From Promethearchaeia archaeon (GTDB lineage Archaea > Asgardarchaeota > Lokiarchaeia > Sigyniarchaeales > SOKP01): a stretch of DNA of 32,000 nucleotides. Shown in pieces: positions 10,272 to 19,017 of the stretch. The stretch lies in NCBI GenBank assembly GCA_046497275.1, contig JAWOFX010000137.1:1-32000 (forward strand). The letters run 5' to 3'. The notes under the pieces are model-generated. The model was not told the DNA's origin and ran no database searches. It was given only the letters and a program-made list of their open reading frames with translations. How positions within the stretch are numbered: position 1 is the first letter of the stretch; every line of letters starts with the position of its first letter. The position numbers were made by a program, and so were the translations under genes.

Positions 10272-11588
10272 ATGGACAATAGAATAAGAATACTGGATGT
10301 GACCAACAGAGATGGTGTGCAAACCAGTAGATTAGGTTTAGCAAAAATAGAGAAAACAGTGATTAATATACTTTTAAATCAAATGGGGGTATATCAAAGC
10401 GAATTTGGATTCCCAACAACATTACATGAAACTAATTATATCAACGCAAATCTAGAATTAGCTCAGATCGGAGTACTAGATCCAATCATTTTAGAGGGAT
10501 GGATACGAGCAATTCCTTCTGACGTCGAGAGAGCAGTTGAATTAACCAGAGTGGAACATTTAAACCTCTCGATTTCAACATCGAATCAAATGATTCAAGG
10601 AAAATTCCAAGGAAAGTATGACAGAGATGATGTTATCGATATAATGACGAATGCCGTCAAACGTGCAAAGGATCTAGGTATAAAAACTATTGGTGTAAAT
10701 GCGGAAGATGCCAGCAGGACTTCAATGGATTTTCTTATCAAATTTGCAAATGCTGCAAGAAAGGCGGGAGCTGACAGGATTCGTTATTGTGATACCCTTG
10801 GTTTTGAGCGTGCATTTAGAATTCATTTCCGCTGTAAAGATTTAACGAAGGCAGTTGAACTTCCTATTGAATTACATACGCACAACGATTTAGGGATGGC
10901 TGTCGCCACAGCAATTGAAGGTGCTAAAGGCGTAATAGAGGAAGGACAGGATGCTTATATCAATACAACAATCAATGGAATGGGAGAAAGAGCAGGAAAT
11001 TGCGATTTAGTATCTACCCTTTTGGCATTAAAACATGCAGTGGATTTTGAAGAGCTTGGCCTCCTCGATCCTAATATAGATTTGAATAAAGCATGGCAAA
11101 TTTCAAAATATGCTGAACATTGCTTTGGAGTACCAATTCCAGTCAATCAAGTAGGTGTTGGTGAAAATATGTTTGCACATGAATCTGGAATTCATGCTGA
11201 TGGGATGCTCAAAGATCATGAGACATATGAACTTTATGATTTTAATGAATTAGGAAGAGGGGAAAAGATACTTGTAGAAACAGGACGTAAGATAACGACT
11301 GGAGAATACTCAGGTATTAGCGCGATGAAGCATGTGTATGGTAATTTTAATTTAGAGTTCAAAAACGAGGAAGAGGCGAGACAGATTTTAGAACTCTGTC
11401 GATTTGCAAATGTTCAAAAACAAAAACCACTAACTAAGGAAGAATTCATTCTTATAGCACAACATCCTAAGATATGTCAAACCATTCTAAAAATGGAGCC
11501 CCCCTCAGTTACTATATTTAAACCATACATTAAGTACAACGGGAAAAAATCAGAAACAGAAGAGGAATATCTTACGAAGAAGCAATAA
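10272..11588 (+). CDS. DRE-TIM metallolyase of the homocitrate/isopropylmalate synthase family; possibly Re-citrate synthase
   Basis: ILDVTNRDGVQ, NAEDASRT, RYCDTLG, HTHNDLGMA, NGMGERAGN, FAHESGIHADG. No LeuA-type C-terminal regulatory domain. Confidence 0.85.
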   Translation: MDNRIRILDVTNRDGVQTSRLGLAKIEKTVINILLNQMGVYQSEFGFPTTLHETNYINANLELAQIGVLDPIILEGWIRAIPSDVERAVELTRVEHLNLSISTSNQMIQGKFQGKYDRDDVIDIMTNAVKRAKDLGIKTIGVNAEDASRTSMDFLIKFANAARKAGADRIRYCDTLGFERAFRIHFRCKDLTKAVELPIELHTHNDLGMAVATAIEGAKGVIEEGQDAYINTTINGMGERAGNCDLVSTLLALKHAVDFEELGLLDPNIDLNKAWQISKYAEHCFGVPIPVNQVGVGENMFAHESGIHADGMLKDHETYELYDFNELGRGEKILVETGRKITTGEYSGISAMKHVYGNFNLEFKNEEEARQILELCRFANVQKQKPLTKEEFILIAQHPKICQTILKMEPPSVTIFKPYIKYNGKKSETEEEYLTKKQ

Positions 11589-11900
11589 TAAATACAACGA
11601 TATAATTTCTCAATTTTAATTTCTACTTTTGAATAACTCTTTTGGTAATTTATACATTGATTCAAATTTGAATTATTCATATTCTTTTTCTATTTTAGTT
11701 GTATTTGTTGATGATTAGAACTTATAATTTAATATAAAAATTATATCTAAGAGTAAAAAACCCTAGCTAAAATAATTATTATATGATGAGTGAATGCTAA
11801 TAATTATTTGAATAATAATATTTAAATTCATAATAAAATTCATTGTTATTTATCAATTTCGAAATATAGTTTTAGAAAAAATATTAAAAAGGAATATTAT

Positions 11901-13628
11901 ATGCAGTCAGAAAAATCTCCATATTTATCAAAAATTTGGTTAAAAAATTATGATGGTTTTGTTCAAGAAAATTTAGAATTTGAGGTACGATCATTAGCAG
12001 ATACTCTCAGAGAATCAGTTAAGACTTTTCCTGGAAGTTTGGTTTATGAATTTATGGGAACAACCTGTACTTATCGTGAGTTTGAGAAAGATGTGATTGC
12101 TTTTGCGAATTTTCTTATTGATAATGGGTTGAAAAAGGGGGATAAAATCTCAATAAACCTCCCAAATTGTCCACAGTTTATGATTGCTCTTTATGGAGCA
12201 TTTTATGCTGGAGTGGTAGTTTCTGGGATGAATTTTCTCCTCCAAACTAACGAAATTATTTACCAGCTTTCAGATTGTGAAGCGAAAGCAATAGTAACAA
12301 TGGACTCATTTTATGAAGAAAAAGTACGGAAAGCATTAGCGAGTGGAAAAACTAATGTAAAATTAGTTGTAACTACTAACATCTCTGATATGATGGATAT
12401 TGGTGGAGCTAAAAAGTTTTTAGGTAAATTATTGAAAAAAATTCCAACAGGCAAAATTAAACCAATAGATGGAATGAAATTTTTTAAATTTCCTGAAATT
12501 CTTGAGACCTATCCTAATGACAAAGCTCCAGATGTTAAGATAAATCCAAAAGAAGATTTAGCTTTCTTACAATATACCGGTGGTACAACTGGACCTCCCA
12601 AAGGTGCGATGTTAACTCATTTTAATGAGGTTGCAAACATTGATCAAGTAATTCACTGGTGGGAAATTGACACCCGTAGAGGAAGAGATATCTTCATTTC
12701 AGGTTTTCCTTTCTTCCATCTTGCAGGGTTATTTATGAATCTTGGTGCTGTTGCTTTTGCATGTATGCAATTATTAATACCAAATCCACGCGATATGGGT
12801 CATATTATCGATTTGATTAAAGAATGGCAACCAAACTTAATGGTTAATGTACCTACATTGTATTTGATGCTGTTAAATGAACCTAAATTTAGAGAACTAG
12901 ATTTAAGCAGTATTCGAGTCTATGTTTCTGGAGCAGCTCCATTTCCAGCAGAAAGTATTAAAAATTTTGAAAAAATAGTCGGATTACATAAATTACTAGA
13001 AGTCTATGGTATGACTGAGGCTTCCCCTATAGCAACAATGAATCCTTATCTGGGAGAAAGAAGAATCGGAAAAGTAGGTTTACCTGTATCTAATACATTA
13101 TTGAAAATAGTTAACGTTGAAAATAAAGAGCAAGAAGTTCCCCTTGGTGAAGCTGGAGAAATAGCAATAAAAGGACCACAAGTTTTTCAAGGATATTGGA
13201 AAAAGCCGGATGAAACCAAAAATGCATTAAAAGATGGTTGGTTCTACACCGGTGATGTAGGAATAATGGATGAGGACGGCCATCTAAAAATTGTTGATCG
13301 AACAAAAGATATGATCATTGTAAGTGGATATAAGGTCTTTAGTGTTGAAGTAGACAATAAGATGGTGAAACATCCTGCTATTCAGTTAGCATCAACAATC
13401 GGTGTGCCTGATCCCGATCGACCAGGATCAGAGATGGTGAAACTATATGTTTTATTAGAAGAAGGATATTCTGCAAGCGAGCAACTAAAAGATGAAATTA
13501 GACTATTTGCCGAAGAAAATCTTGCAAAATATAAAGTTCCCAAGATTATTGAAATTGTAGAGGAAATACCGCTTACAACCGTAGGAAAAATAGATAAAAG
13601 AGCATTGAGAGCAAAAGAGCAAGAATAA
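11901..13628 (+). CDS. long-chain fatty acid-CoA ligase (AMP-forming)
   Basis: LQYTGGTTGPPKGA (A3), YGMTEASP (A5), GEIAIKGPQVFQGYW, TGDVG, DRTKDMIIVSG, GKIDKR (A10). Confidence 0.93.
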   Translation: MQSEKSPYLSKIWLKNYDGFVQENLEFEVRSLADTLRESVKTFPGSLVYEFMGTTCTYREFEKDVIAFANFLIDNGLKKGDKISINLPNCPQFMIALYGAFYAGVVVSGMNFLLQTNEIIYQLSDCEAKAIVTMDSFYEEKVRKALASGKTNVKLVVTTNISDMMDIGGAKKFLGKLLKKIPTGKIKPIDGMKFFKFPEILETYPNDKAPDVKINPKEDLAFLQYTGGTTGPPKGAMLTHFNEVANIDQVIHWWEIDTRRGRDIFISGFPFFHLAGLFMNLGAVAFACMQLLIPNPRDMGHIIDLIKEWQPNLMVNVPTLYLMLLNEPKFRELDLSSIRVYVSGAAPFPAESIKNFEKIVGLHKLLEVYGMTEASPIATMNPYLGERRIGKVGLPVSNTLLKIVNVENKEQEVPLGEAGEIAIKGPQVFQGYWKKPDETKNALKDGWFYTGDVGIMDEDGHLKIVDRTKDMIIVSGYKVFSVEVDNKMVKHPAIQLASTIGVPDPDRPGSEMVKLYVLLEEGYSASEQLKDEIRLFAEENLAKYKVPKIIEIVEEIPLTTVGKIDKRALRAKEQE

Positions 13629-13756
13629 TTTTAAATCTTTAATTTTCTAACTTTTTTTCTGATTTTAATTTTTGAGGAAGAATAAAATTATTTTAAGAGA
13701 ACTATTCAATTATTAGATATGATTATTTCAAAATTAAAATTGAGAGTGATGATTAA

Positions 13757-15037
13757 ATGGTAGGTAAAGATTCTGTACAATGTATCAGCGATGAAATTTT
13801 GGAAAAACTTAGCCTAAGAAATCGCTACAATTTTCTTAATATAAACTTGATGAGTATTTTAAAACCTGAATATATGAATTTTCTCAGAGAAACCCAGAAA
13901 TTCTATGTGAAGTTTGAAAAAAAGAATGAAATTACACACGATGAGGATTTTTATGAGTGGATTCCCAAGATTGGGAAACAAGGCTTAGTAACTCGTGTAA
14001 ATAAATTTGAAGACATAGGAATGGATTTAGAACCACATGGTTTTATGGCAGAATTCATGAGAGTATTAGCTACTGATTTCTTTGACCCACAATTAGCAAT
14101 GGGAATGGGCGCAACAGTTCTTGCAATAAATCCCTTACTACTTCATCATGAAGACGTTGATATTCGTTTACATGCACTTAAGGAAATGGCTACAGGTGAA
14201 AAAATTGGATGTATTTGTATTACAGAACCCGAAAGAGGCTCAGATGCAGTGCATATGGTTACGATGTGTGAAGAAAAAGACGATGGGAGTCTTATAGTGA
14301 ATGGAGAGAAAATCTATCAAACAAACGGACCGAAGGCAGATTGGGCAGTTGTATATGGAGTTACTGAAAAAGATAATGGAAATACTATGGCTCAGTTCTT
14401 AGTTGACACAACCTGGGAGGGATGGAAAGCTGAACGTGTGAATATTCCATGGACACATAGAATGCATATTGGGAAAGAAACTTTTACTAATTTGAGGGTA
14501 CCAAAGGAATATATCTTAGGAGGTCCTGGAAAGGGACGGGAACATTTATTCGAGGGGTTAAATTTAGAGCGTTTAGGTATAGTTATTCTTAATCTTGCAG
14601 AAGCTTGGAATGCTCTCTCCCACGCTGTAATTTATGTAAATATGCGCAAGCAATTTGGTCAAGAAGTCTTAAAATATCAAGGTGTCGGATTTCCACTTAG
14701 TGATCAATGGGCTAAAACTATGAATTTGACCTTAGCAACACTTCACATATGCCAAATAGTAGATGAAAAGATGGAACAATATAATGGAGTGCTTCCGAAA
14801 CAATTGAATTTAGCTCTAGGTGCGAATGCCTCTCAACTAAAATCTCAGAGTGCTAAATTAGCTGAGAGAGTATGTTATGAATGTGCTAATTTGATGGGGG
14901 GTGCAGGGGTGAATGATAATACTTTAATGAGAGATTTGTTAGGTATTACTAGAATCCAGGAAATTGGTGGTGGTACACGTCAAATTCAGCAATATATAAT
15001 GAGTTTAGCATTAAGAAAGATCTTTAAAATGATATAA
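13757..15037 (+). CDS. acyl-CoA dehydrogenase
   Basis: CITEPERGSDA, VNGEKIYQT, LNLERL, RKQFG, LMGGAG, IQEIGGGTRQIQ. Confidence 0.9.
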   Translation: MVGKDSVQCISDEILEKLSLRNRYNFLNINLMSILKPEYMNFLRETQKFYVKFEKKNEITHDEDFYEWIPKIGKQGLVTRVNKFEDIGMDLEPHGFMAEFMRVLATDFFDPQLAMGMGATVLAINPLLLHHEDVDIRLHALKEMATGEKIGCICITEPERGSDAVHMVTMCEEKDDGSLIVNGEKIYQTNGPKADWAVVYGVTEKDNGNTMAQFLVDTTWEGWKAERVNIPWTHRMHIGKETFTNLRVPKEYILGGPGKGREHLFEGLNLERLGIVILNLAEAWNALSHAVIYVNMRKQFGQEVLKYQGVGFPLSDQWAKTMNLTLATLHICQIVDEKMEQYNGVLPKQLNLALGANASQLKSQSAKLAERVCYECANLMGGAGVNDNTLMRDLLGITRIQEIGGGTRQIQQYIMSLALRKIFKMI

Positions 15038-15040
15038 CAA

Positions 15041-15082
15041 TTTTTATTTTTCCTCTACTTTTAGTTTTTTTCCTTTTTCTCT
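15041..15082 (+). terminator. oligo-T tracts after the acyl-CoA dehydrogenase; possible archaeal terminator
   Basis: Several T4-T7 runs directly after the stop, between convergent genes. Oligo-T termination is established in archaea, but the site itself is inferred. Confidence 0.35.
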
Positions 15083-15084
15083 AA

Positions 15085-15906
15085 TTATTTTCTGATATTA
15101 GAACAAATCAAGATCCCTGATCTCCCAGAGATCCTGAAATATCCCTCTCTTTTAATTATTGATTTCAAATCCTCTTCTAATATATTCCATTCTTTACTTT
15201 TTTTAGATGACATATCAATTAAATTGAGACTTAAGATATATTTTTTCAAAATATTGATGTTCTTAAGAGTAATATCTACAATATTCAAGTATTTTTTAAT
15301 TATAATGGTATTAAAAAACTCTCCCATGATTTTTGGAGCATTTTCTAATGTGAATTTATTCAAAAAATGATTTCTATGGGCTTTAATATGAAAATTATGG
15401 CTCTCCAATAATAAATTAAGCTCTTCCATATGGGTTTCAGAATTAGTAGAAGCAATAAGTTTTCCGTTTGGTCGCAAAACACGAGTTATCTCCGAAAAGA
15501 CTTCTCCTAAATCAGGAACATGATAAAACATATGAAATCCCAAAATTTTATCAAAGGTTTCTTTACGAAAGGGGAGGTGTTGAGCATCAATTTGGAGAAT
15601 TTTGATGTTTGAGAGTAAGGGAAGTAAATTATTATGTAATATTTTAATCATTTTCTTGGAATAATCTGAGACAACGAGAGTGTCTATATAATGAATATAA
15701 GAACGATTTTTAAGGCAAAAATCTCCTCTTCCACTACCAAGTTCTAATAGAGAAATAGCAGAGTCCAATTGGCTATTTTTATAGAGCCATTTCTGAAATT
15801 GAATTTGATTATTTCCCAGAATCCATAAATTTTGGCGATCTAAAAGATTTTTAGAACTTTTTTGATATTGATTTCTACTATGATATGTAATTTTTGATTT
15901 ATCCAT
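15085..15906 (-). CDS. class I SAM-dependent methyltransferase
   Basis: LLELGSGRG (motif I), VSDYS, IDAQHLPFRKETFD, RVLRPNGKL. Confidence 0.88.
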   Translation of the reverse strand: MDKSKITYHSRNQYQKSSKNLLDRQNLWILGNNQIQFQKWLYKNSQLDSAISLLELGSGRGDFCLKNRSYIHYIDTLVVSDYSKKMIKILHNNLLPLLSNIKILQIDAQHLPFRKETFDKILGFHMFYHVPDLGEVFSEITRVLRPNGKLIASTNSETHMEELNLLLESHNFHIKAHRNHFLNKFTLENAPKIMGEFFNTIIIKKYLNIVDITLKNINILKKYILSLNLIDMSSKKSKEWNILEEDLKSIIKREGYFRISGRSGILICSNIRK

Positions 15907-16006
15907 TGATAAAAATACTTTATTTTCTTATTTTATATTTTATAGTAAATTTAGATTTATTTAATTTTGATAGCATAGACTTACAAATTATTTCATTTAA
16001 ATTGAG

Positions 16007-16480
16007 ATGGTTCAAATAATGAGGGAGTTAATCAGAAATTCGGTAAAGGCAATTATTATAGAAAATAATAAAATTCTTTTCACTAAAAATAAAGATGAGT
16101 CGGGAATCTTTTACCTTCTTCCTGGAGGGGGTCAAGAACCAGGTGAGAACATGAAAGATGCCCTAAGAAGAGAAGTATATGAGGAAACAGGAGCAGAGAT
16201 ATATATCGATGATATCAAATATGTACGTGAATATATCGGAGTTAATCATGAATTTTCAGAATATGATGAGGATGTACATCAGATTGAATATATGTTTATT
16301 TGCCAATTAAAAAATATCAGCGATAATCAAGTTTCTGAACCTGATTCAATGCAAATAGGAATAGAATGGATGAAAATGGATAATATAGAAACATGTAGAA
16401 TTTATCCTAAAATATTAAAATCATTATTAATGAAAGATGGTTTAATTGAGGAAAAAGTATATTTAGGGGATATCAATTAG
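16007..16480 (+). CDS. NUDIX hydrolase
   Basis: Complete Nudix box LPGGGQEPGENMKDALRREVYEETG. Confidence 0.92.
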   Translation: MVQIMRELIRNSVKAIIIENNKILFTKNKDESGIFYLLPGGGQEPGENMKDALRREVYEETGAEIYIDDIKYVREYIGVNHEFSEYDEDVHQIEYMFICQLKNISDNQVSEPDSMQIGIEWMKMDNIETCRIYPKILKSLLMKDGLIEEKVYLGDIN

Positions 16481-16541
16481 ATTTAATCAATTATAATCAT
16501 TTCAAAAATAAATTTGAATTAAATGTCTTATTAACTATATT

Positions 16542-16886
16542 ATGTTAAAAAAAAATATTAAGGAAGTAGAGGAAGAAATCGTAACTAAAGCGGGCTCCAC
16601 CAAAACCACAATAAAATGGTTAATTACAGAAAATGACGGTCCCACACATTTTGCCACAAGACGATTTGAAATCCAACCTGGAGGGAAAGTTGGTCTGCAT
16701 AAACATCCTGAAGAACATCATGTATATGTTTTAAATGGTGAAGCTGAGTTTTTTAATGGAGATGGAGTAAAATTTACTGGCAAAAAAGATGAAGTGATTT
16801 ATATCCCTCCAAATGAATTACATGGCATTAGAAATACGTTCGAGGAAACTTTTGTGTTTATTTGTGTTATTCCTTATTTAAAATAA
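16542..16886 (+). CDS. cupin domain protein
   Basis: Motif 1 PGGKVGLHKHPEEHHVYVLNGE and motif 2 IYIPPNELHGIRN. Confidence 0.9.
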   Translation: MLKKNIKEVEEEIVTKAGSTKTTIKWLITENDGPTHFATRRFEIQPGGKVGLHKHPEEHHVYVLNGEAEFFNGDGVKFTGKKDEVIYIPPNELHGIRNTFEETFVFICVIPYLK

Positions 16887-16986
16887 TTTTTACAACTTAG
16901 CTAATCTTATTCTGAAGAAATTATTAAATACATTAAGATCTAATCACTCATTATATAAAAATAATAAATTAGAATTTCTTAACAAA

Positions 16987-17808
16987 ATGAAAATTTCTGA
17001 TATTAAAGATATAACTTATGAGAAAGAAGATAATGGAATATGCACGATAACATTAAATAAACCAAAACGCAAAAATGCGATGTCCTTTGTAACTTTTCTG
17101 GAAATTGAAAGTGTATTAGAGGATATGGAAGCGGATAAAAATGCGAGAGTATTAATTATTACTGGAGCCAAAGAAGCGAATGCTTTTTCTTCGGGAGGAT
17201 ATTTTAATATGAATATGTATACTTCTGTTCCCCCTGAAATCATGGAAGAATTAGATCTCCAAGATATTGCAGTAAAGCGATTATGTATGAAATTTTGGAA
17301 CTTTTCTAAACCCGTAATTGCTGCCGTCAATGGTCTTGCTGTGGGGGCTGGCTTTACTATGCTTTTATCTGGAGCAGATCTCATATATATGTCAGAAGAT
17401 GCTTATATTGGCTTTTATTTTATTCGACGCGCGGTAATGGCTGAGTTTGGAGCAGATTTTCTTTTACCTTTTTATGTTGGATTTCAGAAGGCTAAAGAAT
17501 TACTATATTTTGGAAAAAAAATATCTCCTGAAGAAGCTTTAGAGTTAGGATTAGTTAATGAGGTTTTACCTCCAGATGAGCTCCTTTCCTATACTAGAGA
17601 ACAAGCTCTAAAGTTGATTCCTCCAAAAGGGCCAAGTCTTTCAATTAAACTTATGAAAAATACTATGCATAATTATTTTAAAGATATATTATCAAGAACA
17701 TTAGACCTTGAAAATGAAGGTTTGCGAGATCTAATGAAAACACATGATTTTCGGGAATCTATGAAGGCATTAATTAAAAAAGGCGAGCCAAAATTTAAAG
17801 GAAAATAA
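16987..17808 (+). CDS. enoyl-CoA hydratase/isomerase (crotonase) family protein
   Basis: ITLNKPKRKNAMS, AFSSGG, KPVIAAVNGLAVGAG, AEFG, EALELGLVNEV. Confidence 0.9.
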   Translation: MKISDIKDITYEKEDNGICTITLNKPKRKNAMSFVTFLEIESVLEDMEADKNARVLIITGAKEANAFSSGGYFNMNMYTSVPPEIMEELDLQDIAVKRLCMKFWNFSKPVIAAVNGLAVGAGFTMLLSGADLIYMSEDAYIGFYFIRRAVMAEFGADFLLPFYVGFQKAKELLYFGKKISPEEALELGLVNEVLPPDELLSYTREQALKLIPPKGPSLSIKLMKNTMHNYFKDILSRTLDLENEGLRDLMKTHDFRESMKALIKKGEPKFKGK

Positions 17809-17944
17809 CAAAACATCGTTTAATAATATTAATAAACATATTTCTAATAAAATCTGTAGACTTATTTATCACTTATATTGAAGTAAAACTTATTTTGTTC
17901 TCAATAATATTATTCTAATAAAGAATTTCAGTTGCGATCGTTCA

Positions 17945-18793
17945 ATGCTAATTTGGATATTAAATAGTGAGTCAGGTCAAAGGATCTTATATAAATCATT
18001 CAACGATGCTGATACTGATGGAGATATTTCTTCTGGTTTTTTAACTGTTTTTCGTCAATTTTTTATGGTTGAATTTCGAGAAGAGATTGAATCTATTGAA
18101 TTGGGAGGATTAAGATGGGTGTATATTTTGGAAACAGATTATAATCTTCTTTTTATCGCTGCAGATAATAAAAAAAATACCACGGAAATCATGCGAAATC
18201 GTCTGGAAGTAATTAAAAATGCTTTTATAAAGGAATTTAAACCTATTTATGAAAAAAGAAATAAAAGTTGGGATGGAAATATTAGAGTATTTCACCCTTT
18301 CCTTGAAACAATAGAAAATTATTATAATCAATGGGAACAAGTAGAAACACTTGTACCTCTTGCTTATTTTTTTGATGTTTTAGGCATTTTTCAAAATATT
18401 TTTATAACTCTTCGCAACATAATCGAAAAGAGAATGTATTCGAAAAGTAGAAAAAACATTTTTGATAGAATTGAAGAATCTGTAGATAACGTGAATAAAT
18501 CTGAAAAATTCCAAAACAAAAAGGATTTAGAAGAGATCTCATTTTCAATTGAAGAATGGATCACAATTATTGATTCGAACTTGGTTGAATGTGATAAAGA
18601 ATTAGTTATTGATTATTTAAAGAATATATTATCAATCATCGTACGTAGCATTGAAACTGAAAAAGGGGTTACTAGATGTTTAAAATATTTTCGTGAAGAG
18701 GGAATTTTAATTTATATATTGAACAATATAGATCTATTAAGAGATTTAAACTTAGATATGTTCTTATGGAACCTGTTTCTACTAATCAGATAA
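17945..18793 (+). CDS. longin-like (sigma-adaptin/zeta-COP-like) N-terminal domain fused to a helical C-terminal region
   Basis: MLIWILNSESGQRILYKSF...ISSGFLTVFRQF...IESIELGGLRWVY...LLFIAAD...MRNRLEVIKNAFIKEF...F..F follows the longin beta-beta-alpha-beta-beta-beta-alpha-alpha pattern common in Asgard proteins. Confidence 0.7.
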   Translation: MLIWILNSESGQRILYKSFNDADTDGDISSGFLTVFRQFFMVEFREEIESIELGGLRWVYILETDYNLLFIAADNKKNTTEIMRNRLEVIKNAFIKEFKPIYEKRNKSWDGNIRVFHPFLETIENYYNQWEQVETLVPLAYFFDVLGIFQNIFITLRNIIEKRMYSKSRKNIFDRIEESVDNVNKSEKFQNKKDLEEISFSIEEWITIIDSNLVECDKELVIDYLKNILSIIVRSIETEKGVTRCLKYFREEGILIYILNNIDLLRDLNLDMFLWNLFLLIR

Positions 18794-19017
18794 CAATCTC
18801 AAAAAAAAAATATAAAATATTCAAAAAAAATAACTAAACAAATTATTGATTAATAAATTTGGATATTTCATATAAATTCAAAAATTCACAATCTCTATAG
18901 CTATTTCTCTTAAGAATCAAAAAAATAATTGAATTGTTATTATCTGTCTAATGAGATAATTTTTAAATTCTCATATCACTAGTATTCATATTATAATGAA
19001 TAATAATTTAGAGAAAA

